DNA from: Botryllus schlosseri
Lineage: Eukaryota
Reading direction: 5' to 3'
DNA: 64,000 nucleotides
NCBI GenBank assembly: GCA_051294905.1
Contig: CM119379.1
Location: 17,360,001-17,424,000, forward strand
Shown here one piece after another: positions 34,901 to 46,900 of the stretch. The translations under genes and the position numbers were made by a program. Position 1 is the stretch's first letter, and each line of letters opens with the position of its first letter. The notes beneath the pieces are model-generated. The model searched no databases and was not told the origin of the DNA. It was given only the letters and a program-made list of their open reading frames with translations.

Positions 34901-37900
34901 AACTGACGGCCCTGCAATGCAACAGAAAGAAATCTTACGGACAGAGCACCAAGTTCGATTCGTGGTAAGGCAAGCGCGAGTGTGTACAACATAACAAGCA
35001 CAGGAAGCGGTTCGCGGCAAAATCAACGGCAAATCAATCTGGATAATGAAACTAGCCAGACAGAGGCGGGTAATATTTCACTAAACGGCAACCAAAATCC
35101 TTTCCCGACACACACTTGGAATAAGAGAGAAAGCAGCAGGCATCTCGACGATAATCGTTTGCGCGCTTCCAACTCCTTGCCAGCGTGGTCCGCTGACGTG
35201 GCCGGGCTCTCTTGCAGTAAGAAATCGCAGCTCTCTCCAATCTGAGAAACGGAAAAACATCAAGATTATCATTGCAACGGATATTAATCTGTGCCTTGAC
35301 TTGACGGGCTGCGTACCGCAACAGTAAATGCATACTCCCGGTATGGAAGGCAGAGATGGTCAAAGTGGCCAGTAATTCTACTCGCGCAGAAGTAGCGGAG
35401 TAACACTCAGATTACTTAAGACACTCCAAAACTGCAAGTAGAAGTACGAAATGAAAGGCATAAGAATTCGAATAAGTAGTTTGAAAAACTAGTGGTTAGT
35501 GGCTCGTGAGGGACCAAAAATAGGACAGCATTTCACGACAAGACAACAAACCTCGCGGAGTATGTTTTCGAAAATATTCTTCTCCCCGGTCCATTCGGGC
35601 CCGTTCCGTTTCATGATGGCTTCGAACACTTCGTAAACTCTAAAACGAGACCGTAAGCTCGTAACCTTCATAATTCGACGTTGACGCATCATCGCGGCAC
35701 TGCCGTCACGGAAATACCCGGCATACCGACAACACGCGTGTGTGATATCGCACAGAAAACGCGTGACAGTTCGAAGGAACGTTATCGCGATCTGCAGTTT
35801 CTACACTCCGAAATTTGCCTCGTACTGCATCCGGTCACGTCAACACCAGAAGCGACACGCCTACTTAGTAACGTGGACGTTGGGAACATCGGCAGACGCA
35901 GCCAATCTTTTGTAGAGATTAAAGCGGGGATGCGATCATCGTGCTAAATGGTACACATCAATTTTGGAAAGATACGTGTATTGCATATCGTCGTAGTGGA
36001 ATCAAGGTAGCGTATGACGAGTTTGCAAATTTTCAAATTTTGAGAAAATCAAGTATTTGTAAAATGTTGTCCTCGGTTATGTTTGTCACATTGCATCAAA
36101 GTTAACCATGGCCAAGATATGGACGGAAGAACCCGAAAACTTTACAAAAACTTAATCCTCTAAAAATATGTAAAATGGACATACGCAACTCCGATTCCAC
36201 AGCGACAATACATACGATTAGATGTATTGAAAACAGCTGCAAGTCGAAAGCGCACGCGTTTTCCGTGCTGCTGAAAAAAGCTAACCATTACCTGTAAACG
36301 CTGTTGGGAAAACTGTCCAGCAGACACAGGCAGCATTGCAAAATGTCATCGATGAACGAGTCCAGTTCTTTCCCGCTGAGGTAGTGATCGTAGTTTTCTT
36401 CCTCCTGCGGAAAAAACAAGTCCAAAACTCGAATGAAAAGCACTGGCAGTGCTAGAGTCTACCGAATGGTATGCAAAGGAAGTAAACAAAACTGCAGACA
36501 ATATCAACGACAAATTTGAAAACACAACATGTCGAGTCAAATTCTTAGCAAATGTGACTTTCTCGATACGCACGATGAAGTTCAGTAGCGTTGTTACATT
36601 CCGAACATGTAATTTCTGTGAGGATGATCCCAACAACACATCTAACAAATCGCTATTTTCAACAGACCGTGTTTTCTGATACACATGCGAGCTTGCGTCA
36701 AACACATGCACGAATGCACGCACGGATTCGAACAAATTTAAATATACAATTGAATAGTATATTTATATTGAAATGAACCCGAATATTTTCGGCTGACACT
36801 CGTCAGGGGTAATCGTCAGCAACTAGTAGAGAATTGGAAAGAACACTGTATATCAACAATCGTATCACAAAATATGACGTCACCAGCAATTGTATATTGA
36901 AGTTCTGTACCTCCAACAAGCTCTTCAAATTTAAATATATAAAAACATATATGTCCAACATGTTTTGGACAACTCGCAAAACAAATCGATACAAGACTAC
37001 ACGTACCGGTTCTTTCGACGTCCCAGGCAAATCCGCGTCCGCCGTTTTCATTTCCTTGTCCTGTTTTTCCTGAACGTCGAAATTGCAATTTCAAAACTAC
37101 CGCGTCATACCAAGGTCGAGGACTACATTCCAAACACACGTTCACATATTCACCTCGGCCCATTTTATCATTAGCTTGGAAAATATGATCAAAATTTTGA
37201 GAAGCCCAGGATGCATCGTCAAAATTTCAATTATAGAATCTCACCAACTTTGAAGACTGTATTCCAGACCATACATGTGTTGAAAAATTCACCTCAACGC
37301 ATTTGCAACCTAGCTTTTGAAAGGGAGGCCATAATTTTGTGGAAACATGGCTATTGGCTATACCGTAAACATTTAAATTATTAAATCTACGTTGAAGACA
37401 GATCTATAAATTCACCACAACACATTTTTTGGTTTGTTTCAAAAGCAAGACCTAAATTTAGAGTAGCCCTGGCTATATCATCAAAATTCCAATTATAAAA
37501 TCTCAACCACGTTGAGGACTAATATTCTAAACACACAATTTACAAATCCGTGTCCCATTTTATTGTTAGTTTCCTAACTTTCACCTCGTTGCCAGCATCC
37601 TGATTTCTTGACGGCTGTACTGGTTCCAGAGCAGGAGCGGCCTGCGTAGCAGTCATGGCCGCGGGCATGGCGAACGGCGATTCGTTCGGCACAAACGACG
37701 ACTCCAGCGACATCGTGATGGCCTGCATTATCTCCAGATCTTCGCTGTGCGAGAGGATCCATTCGGTGGCAGCCTCCAGCGACTGCGCGTGCATAATCGC
37801 TTCCCTCGCCGTAGCCCGGCCGAAGCCCATGTCGATAAGCTGGCAAAACAAAGGCAGTAATAATAAATCAATAAATCGACATGCACGGACCCTAAGTTAA

Positions 37901-40900
37901 AATGGCGGGAGCAGACAAAGTCAGGAGTTTATAACACGTTTCAGAACATGAAAAGAGCGCTGGTTTCACGTAGCGGAATCACGTTTCGGCGCAATGTAGC
38001 GCTATACATCAGGGTACAATAGCTGTGGGTTACTAAAACCGTGTGTGTATTCGTTACCGACGTTCGCTTACAGCAGTGGTTCTTAACCTTTTTTCCTCCA
38101 GCGCCCCCTTTCAAAGATTATCGGGCTCCAGCGCCCCCCAACCTCATATTGTAAGGAATGTACCAAAGACAATGAGTAAGAGGGAGGGCCGTAACAGAAC
38201 TTCGTCAACTCCCCTAAAAACGATTGCCTTGCGCACCCATAGCGTGATAAACCAAACTTCTTCACCCCAAGAACCCCGTAGCGTGATTTCGATGGTCAGC
38301 AAAGTTTGTGTGGCCTAGGCCTGGTCGCTTTAGGTGCCAAAATATTCTATAAATGCATAAATAAATAGGTGGTAATTACATATATATGTCGCTATAAACT
38401 TTTTATCCTCTCAGCCCACGTAATCAGATTTACCAGTAGCGCTGAGCTGTTGTATTGGAAAATAAACGGCACGTAATTAATAATAAACATATTCGGGCGT
38501 GCCCGTAGGTACAATTAATTCGTTACCAGGGCCGTAACAGCACTTCGTCAGCCCCCCAAAAAACGTTGGTCTTGAGTCCCCCGTAGGGAGATAAACTAAA
38601 CTTCCGGGGGGCTCCACCCCCAGAGCCCCCTTCGGCTATCCGTTATTTGTTGATACTGGTCATCTACATTGGGTGTGCATTTACTGAGCCAGCTATTCTC
38701 GCCTAGACGCGCGAAGCGCGAAAAATTTCAATAATTATTGATTGAATTGGTCAATATGATCAGGAAGTGCATATATATTAATATCAATTTTTATCCTTTC
38801 TCTGCTCACGTAAACTGATTTACCGGTAGAGCTGAGTGATGTGTGATTGAAAGGGTAGGACCCCTCAATAATAATTATACATCTTAGGGCGTATACCCGT
38901 TGGCAGGAACGAAACGACACTTCTTCAGGCCCGCCGAAAAAACTTGGGTCTTGGGCTTCCATAGGGTGATAAACCGACCGCCCCCCATCACGTTGTTCGC
39001 TTTTGCCACGAAATCAGCTGTACTGTTTAGCGAGACAGTGCGAAGCGCGAAAAATGTCGATAATTCACGATAAAATCGGTCAATAAGATCGGGATTGCAT
39101 ATATATTGCTATCAATTTCTTGTCCTCTCTGCTCACGTTACCAGATTTACCGGTAGAGCTGAGTGAGGTGCAATGTTCCCTCTAAGCTGCGCACGTGCGC
39201 AGTGCTGACACGGTCTCTGCGCACAAAAAATCTACGTTGCGCACAACAAATCCGAAGTTATGACCATTTTTTAGTCGTTACGCACTGTTGTCCAAGGGTC
39301 TGCGCAGTGAGTTTGTGAGTGTGCGCAGACTCGTCAAAACGTAGAGGGAACATTGTGAGGTGTCTTGGAAACTGTAGGGCCCGTAAGTAATAATTAAACA
39401 TAGCCGGGCGGGCGGACCCGTTGATATGACTTCGTAGCATGATGTTATTTCGTGACCTCCTGTCTGCTATATCAAAAAATATAGAATCGCCCAACAGGGA
39501 TATCGCCCAACGGGGATATCTAGTTCTATATATCCCTGTCGTCCAATCGTACTAAACTAAAAGACGCACACGATTTCAAATTGGTATTTTTCACTGGCAT
39601 ATTATTTTTCCCTGCCAGATGGAATTCGTCTTCTGAGGTTCAGATTGCCAAGACAGGAACATTCGGTGCCAGTCATTTAGGCGCCTATGGATAATTAAAC
39701 CTATATGTCTTTTGTAGGCTATAAATAACGAAGTTTTCGGTGTTAATTCGCTCTGAATATACTCATTAAGGATATGTCCTACTACCACATCATCTACTGC
39801 GAAGCCATTTTTCTCCAGCGCCCCCCCATACCGCCCCCTGAGCCCAGCGCCCCCCATATCGCCCCCTGAGCGTTTCCGCCCCCCTTCAAAATCGCCAGCG
39901 CCCCCTGGGGGGCGCTGGAGGCAAGGTTAAGAACCACTGGCTTACAGCATACAGCTGTTTTCGGAATGGAACACAATTTCAACATTTACTCAGAAATAAT
40001 TGGAATAAGGATAAATGTGGTGATCCGTAATCAAGCAAGTATTATTTTCGTTTGATTGGCCTTCCCTTGCATACGGTACTTCACTATTGTCTGTTGCACA
40101 GTGCATTTTCACGTTATCGTTACCCTGTCATTCTATTCTCTCTGCTCTAGTGTCTAGGTTGTGTTGTATGTTGCGTAAATCCACATCGGTTACTTTGACT
40201 ACAATAACTCGATGGCCAGTTACTCTTTTCGCACCAGGCATGAATTGCTACATAGCAAATCGCATTGTCACGATGGGTGCGGATTGGAATGTCATTCTGC
40301 GAGGATGTGAGGACTACTTAGAATGACATTGAATACCCGTATTATTGATCCTGCGGCCCACGGAGTCATCAAAAACTAGGAAATTGGCCCACGAGAAGAT
40401 CAGAGTTTGAGAACCCTAGTACAGGAGATGCAAAACCTATATTTATACAAATACATGACTTCATTAAATGCGAGCGTTGCTGTTGAATTTCTTCAGCCAG
40501 TTGCACAAAGCCAGGCAGTAGCCTCGTTTCGAGCGGTCCTCTCGTAAACATAATGCGTTCAAGGATGGAGATCGCTATTTGACCGACACTTTGGTATTCA
40601 GGAACGTTTTCAAACTGCTCAAACTCGACCAAACCTGTGTGCATCTCAAAGAGTTTGCTGGTCAAGCAGCCCAGTTGGATGCGGTATATGCTACGCCATA
40701 TGACAGCCTTTAAAATTTATGCTAAGCCTGGTTGAATATAGAGCACTGCGCATCATCCTAACAAACCTAGCACATTGGCGAAGCACGCTAACGACCAGTA
40801 TTAGGCGTTGATAATAATTATTCAACCACTTACCGATTACTTGAAGAGACATAATTTGTTTGACGCAAAACACAGTTAAAGTGAAGCAGAGATCGCAAAA

Positions 40901-43900
40901 CCAGCGATTTTTCACTTGAATCATTGTCAAGGTTGGAGTTGAATTGGCCGCAGAAATTTACGACGGGTAGCGTTACCAAAATTTAGGAGACATTTTCATA
41001 GATTTCAATGAATTGCATCAAAAATAGTCCTGCGGTAAGTCGACAATGGCAAACTTTGTGATGACAAGATAAAGAATTTTAGAAAATATAGCTAACAAGT
41101 TACGACGTAACTTGAACGTAACATGAAGCCGCAATAGTGCTACTGACTGAACGCAGGGATAGGTAGATTGTCCGAGATCAAACCAAACTTAATATCCTGG
41201 ACGTACCTGCTGAAAAATTCTCGAATCCTGCGGGTCGACTTCATTGGCGGGAGGAGCAGCTAGAACTCTACAAATAAATGAATGTTATGAAAAATCATAA
41301 CACAGAACCATATCCTGCGATCACGTTAGCCCATCAGCGCCGTCATAAGAAAAGAATCCGTGACGACACAGCAATGAAGGACACAGCAAATTCTAAGGAC
41401 CCCGAATGGCCCTGGAGGAATTTATCATAACCGCAAGACAAATAAACTCTAGACGGGCCAAAGTAAACCGCAAGTCCCCAGCAAAGCACCAACGTGCAGC
41501 ACAGACTTTGAGTCATGATACAATACACTCCACACAACAGATTACACAGATTCCAAACTGGATTGTTGAAAAGAAAAATTGATATACCCTACAGAATCAA
41601 AGTCACTAAATTGCATATAGGAAGGGCTTAGCTTGAGACACAATCTCGACATGTAAAAGAAGGAACATCCGCAACTCTGCCAGTGTTTCGCTAGGAATAG
41701 ATTTGTAAAACAACACAAACCTTGAAACTGCTGTAGTCGGGTGGACGTTTACTTCAGCGGCAGAACCTAAAAATAACAATCAATGTCAACCTTCACCAAA
41801 CAAAAACAACAGCGATGATTAATTACCACCACTAGACACGGTGTTCTTCCGTAATTTCTCTTTGATCGTCTTTTCGCCTTGTATGAGGTAAGTCAGAATG
41901 AGAAGGATGGAGTCACAGGACTGCGGGTTGGCCGATAGCCTCTCCAGTCGCTTGTTAGACCACAGCGACCGCAACGCCTCTGAAGCGGCCTGTAACGGTA
42001 CGGGCACAAGTGGTTGAAACTCGAAAGACCCTCAAGACACAAACTGCGCCAGACACGATTAACAAAACGGGAAGAGCCAATGATGAGAAACGCATCTCGA
42101 ACAGGTGCGGTATGAGTAAAAACCAAGACTGGCAGATAATATGTTCACAGCAATGAAAAGCAGCTTCGAAATTGGGCTTGGAAAAATGTAGCTATGTATA
42201 CATATGGCGGTTAACGATTTCATACTACGGTTTCAGAAGGAACAAACTTGTGCACGTGCAGTTTATCATAAAACTAACGGGAGAACGTTTTAACAGAAAA
42301 AACGCAAACGATAGCAAACTCGATTTGAAATCCTAGGCTATCAAGGAAACTGTCGCAAAGGCACACATAAGATGACATAAATTGAAGCAAGCGGCTTCAG
42401 AGTCAAACTGGTCCAAGAGAGTTGATGATAAATAAACTTTTTTTCCAACTTTTTTACAAAATTAAACACTAAACGAAAAATCAAGCTCTCCCGATCTGAC
42501 TGTGGTACTTTATTTAATAAACTGTCCTTGCAATCTCATTGGCTGTCAGGGGAACTGAATAAATAGTATCCTATGATGACCTCGGGAATATAATATTTAA
42601 ATATAGACCTTGATTAGTATATGCGTAAAACTTTTTCAATGTCAAATCACATGCCACACCGCCATATCTATCGAGCCAATAAACTTGAATAGGTCATAAT
42701 GCTGAATATGGTAAATTTTAACACAAATTTCGAGACAACAACATTTTGAACTAGCTTGAGAGTAATAACATACACCAACTGCGCAGCACTGAGACCACTC
42801 ACTAACATCCCCCATCACATTATCACAAGTGCTGCATCCTATTCAATTACTCATACCGCTTTGAATTTTCATAGTTTGATCTGACCATGCTGGCTGGCGC
42901 AAATACTGAACATTGTTGGACCATTCTGGCGCAGATACTAAAAATTGCTATCAAAAATAAATCAGTGATTTGCACAAGCCATTCAACACTGCATTCTGAT
43001 TTAAGAGAGCATCTGCCCTCCAAACATCAAATTCAGATTCTGAATAGGTTGGAACAAAACACTTCCAGTCCCCTTTGGGGCATTTACAGTAATTTATGAG
43101 ACTTTACAATAGGCACTGTGATCCTTCAGTTGGAAATTCAAACTGAACAGGCTATTTAGACACTTTGCTCCAAAAAACATTATCCAGACACTCAAATCAT
43201 ATTCTTGCAAACGGAGCAAAATTTACAGTTTCAGTTCTTGAAAAGAAGTACAATCCACTGACCGCGTGAATTTCCAGTAGGAATCTTGTGGGGTCAAACG
43301 CCTTCCCTTGACCTTTACCCTGCGTCTTATCGGTGATGGTGTGCGGCGATTCGAGGATATTCCGCGGGTTGACCAAGCGTTCCAGAAGTCCGAGCCATAT
43401 TTGGCAGAATACATCCAACGTGACTGAACACAAAGAACACAATATGTACGGGTGCGACAAGTGGGACAGCAAAATAGACTTCATAATGATGCATCAATGG
43501 GTTGTACTAGGCATACAAATGGAGTTCACCAATCACAAGCACTCCAGACAAACACAATCCTGGCATAGGTCTATTTTACCATGCAAACTTGGAGAAAACA
43601 ATTCGATGTCAAATGTATGCTCTGTTTGTCCCCCTAACAATACCATTACCATTACAAGAAAACAACAGCCAACATTCTATCCCTGTCAAGCATGACATTA
43701 CTGGAAAACGAGACTGTGCTATGTCACCAAACAAATCGAAAAAGAAAATTCCCAATAGTGTTGATGGTCACACTTCCAATAAAAGTGCGCTACTGGGATA
43801 TTGAATTATACGCATATAGTGTGGATATCACATAGATTTAGTTCCTCAAAAGTAGAGCCGTTTAGGACATAAGTCAGTTTGGTTCACGAACAGTCCTAGA

Positions 43901-46900
43901 ATAAGAAGCATTTTCTTGGACATACTGCCTCTTCAAATTACCAATAACTGCATCAAACATGCAGTGTGCCTATGTGACTATTCGCGATTGTAGAAAATAC
44001 GCTCTGCTGCGAGCCGATCCATGTACAGCAATCAGGCGCGTGGCACCCTTACAATGCTCTCGTACGAAACAAATGTTCACAATCGCAGTAACAAGATATA
44101 TCACTTCCGCTCCAGACGAATGAACCATATGACTAGCGGGTAACGTGAAAAGCAAGCAGTTCGTCGGGAATTAGTATTTATCGAGTTTCGCACGTTACTG
44201 ACGAAGCAGAGAAACCGTTGCCATAGGCGGCATAGGTGACTACTCAAAATCATACCGGCTTGACACAGGTCCGAGGGCAGGTCCGGCTTCTTCTCCAGGC
44301 TCGGCGTGTTCAACGCCCATTCGAAACACCTGCGCAAAATATCTCACATTGATTACGAGGAAAATAACACAAATTTCCGGACAGAATTTCTGGGAATTTA
44401 GCAGGAGAGCGGGCAAGAGAGTGTTTCTCGTTTGCTGCGTTTTGAAACAGATCGTCGACTCAACACGCGTAACAGGGACGCAGTAAAGAAGGGAATGGAC
44501 ACAACTCTGTGGAGTTTTCCGAGAAATTAGTCTGGCGTACACCCGCACTCATACGAGAAATGGCGGGCAGATCACGAATATACACTTTTTCCCGCCAAAA
44601 CTGTATAAATGCCACAACGCTGCAGGGTATTTCTGCCAGACTCGGGAATTGCGGTATGTAATCAGGCGTGTTAACCTCAAGCTCACAATGACGACCAAGC
44701 ATAAGATAAAGACCTACTGGAAAAAGGCTTTCGACGTGCCGGAACGTTGGAAGTATTGCAGCATGAGGTGATAGGCGAATTTCCTCTCGTCGAACAGCAT
44801 ATCCATGGTGAACCCGATGGTGCAATTGAGAAAGGAAATCCTAAAAACATCAAAACACGTTTGCGTCACAAAATTTCCAAACCACACACTCAATGCAGAC
44901 AGGTCATGGCATCGGAATTTACATGAGCACCACTGCCAGCATAAGTCAGAATAATGTTACAGTTACATATTCGAATCTCACAGGATGGAATTAGTACGCT
45001 GGGCACATTGTTTTTGTAACACAGAATCATCTCGATATACAGGTAACAGACTTGAATCGCGCAGAGGCGGTGTGGTGAGCTAAGCGATACCAATCTTTGT
45101 ACAACTTCTATTCATTCAGTATCTAATTAAAGATCATTCAAGTGCACCCTGTCTGGCAGTGTCTGGAGTGTTGATTGCCGGATAAACAAGGTTCCAAAAC
45201 AGGAAAACCTGTATTACATGAAAAAATGTTTCACAATGGGAAAAATAAGAGAGTGCGCTCTAAGCAGCAAAAAAAATATACTTGTTGCCAAGTACAGCAC
45301 AGAGCCATCGTCAATCAGTTTGTTTGGATACTAGCTCCTTGAACAAACCATTCAGACAAAAGCATGCACCGCCTACTAGCAGTATGAAGCGTGGCTTGAA
45401 CAGACCCGTAAATCCCTACCTCATACAAATCCATCATTGAGAGGCCGACACGTGTTCAAGTTAGAAATTTTGCTGGTAATCCACAGGCATATGTAGGTAT
45501 AAGCTACTATTTTCTGCGAAAACACATTTCCTCATAGAGCGACTCTAAATTAGCCGAAATTAACTTGCAGCACATGGTGAAAACGGCGCGATTGTGGCGA
45601 CCGTTACTGCAAAACCGCGCGTGCTTGACATAACGCCATGGCGGACACCGTCAGCATACGCCCAATATTCATGTGCAATTGGTGCTGCGCGTGCACATCG
45701 ATTCTCAGGCCGGTGCCAGTCAGAAAACACCGCAAAGTTTTAGATGGCCTGAAGCAAAAGTCTACGCCACAGTATTTTCCAATTGTAACGGTAGCGCGAC
45801 ACTACCTGGCGGCTTATGTGATTCCACAAACTGTCTACGTACAATACACAATTCCTCGTACAGAAGTTCGTGACTTCCACGCCAGCGTCCTGTGCTCACA
45901 GACCATGACATAGTCAGCATTCTACACACAAGCTACCTCATTCACACAAGGCAGCAGTGAGAAGGGCGCAAGAGAAAAAAATGAAAAAAGGCGGCTAGAC
46001 GGCAGAAACGTGACTTACTTGGAATTACAACATTCGACCCGAGATGGCAACAGCTCAGAGAGTAATGAGCATTCGGCAGAGAAGAGAAAACAATGGCATA
46101 TTAAAGAGCGTGCTGGTTAGATGACATAGGCAAAAATGCGGGGAAAAGGCTAATATATCAGAGGCTGATCAAGAACTGTTCTTGCTTTGTAATTGCTCAG
46201 GCGGCGACGGGCATTTGTAATGCACAGCACGATGTCAATTAGATCAGCTAGGCGGTTAAAACCGAGAAAGGAAAGTTCCAACTCTAAGAGAACGCGGCAG
46301 GGCATGAATTTCAAAGTGGTGTGAAAAAAAAATTATTTAAGAAAAAATAACGGGCGTCTGCACTCTGCAATGCGAGTTTCCGATATTTCGCAACCGACAA
46401 TTCAAATTTATATCTGCGCATGTCACGGCCTTGAGCACGTTTGTCGCACTATGGGAACACTAAAACAGGCGAATTCGAGCCACGCGGGCGCTGCATGATA
46501 TATTCTGCGTCAAAAAAAACGAGCCAAACACACATTCGTGTTCTGCAAATACTAAAGTAACTCAATGATGACATAAATGTATTGGTTGCAGATTTAGCAT
46601 TCGGCATCGGTGATATTTTCAGACAATCAAATCTAAATACGCCTACACGGAGCAGTGGCTCGAGCATTGTCAAACGTGAGCGACCTTTCACCAACCCAGC
46701 GAGGATAGCAACAAAGGATTCCGGGAACCGGCCCAGACAAAACAAAGATAAACAATGATCTTGTCTATTGAAAAATCGGTAGATTAAACTAAAACCGTCC
46801 CGCAACACAAATAATCCCCACTACACAATAGCTGCCTGGAAAATAATCTGTCTGGCTTAGACTAAACAAGAAACCACCTATAGCCAAGCAAGATCGCAGT

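Larger units (their letters stand above)
38074..39939. mobile_element. Non-autonomous hAT-superfamily DNA transposon, 1,866 bp
   Basis: Perfect 17-bp TIRs (CAGTGGTTCTTAACCTT / AAGGTTAAGAACCACTG); perfect 8-bp TSD GCTTACAG (38066-38073 and 39940-39947); subterminal CAGCGCCCCC repeats at both ends; no transposase ORF recognised. Confidence 0.92.

Noticed and set aside
40275-40340. 11-bp inverted repeat (AATGTCATTCT/AGAATGACATT)
   Set aside because: The stem does not extend well on the transcribed strand; too short for a pre-miRNA.
40369-40720. Open frame of about 115 codons with protein-like composition in an intron
   Set aside because: No recognisable family, no phase-0 donor suitable for inclusion, and ORFs of this length occur by chance here; a BLASTX would settle it.
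45919-45940. let-7 seed match (UGAGGUAGCUUGUGUGUAGAAU, minus strand) in a distant intron
   Set aside because: The seed half has no pairing partner in a downstream arm and there is no GGAG loop; one chance 8-mer match is expected in 64 kb.
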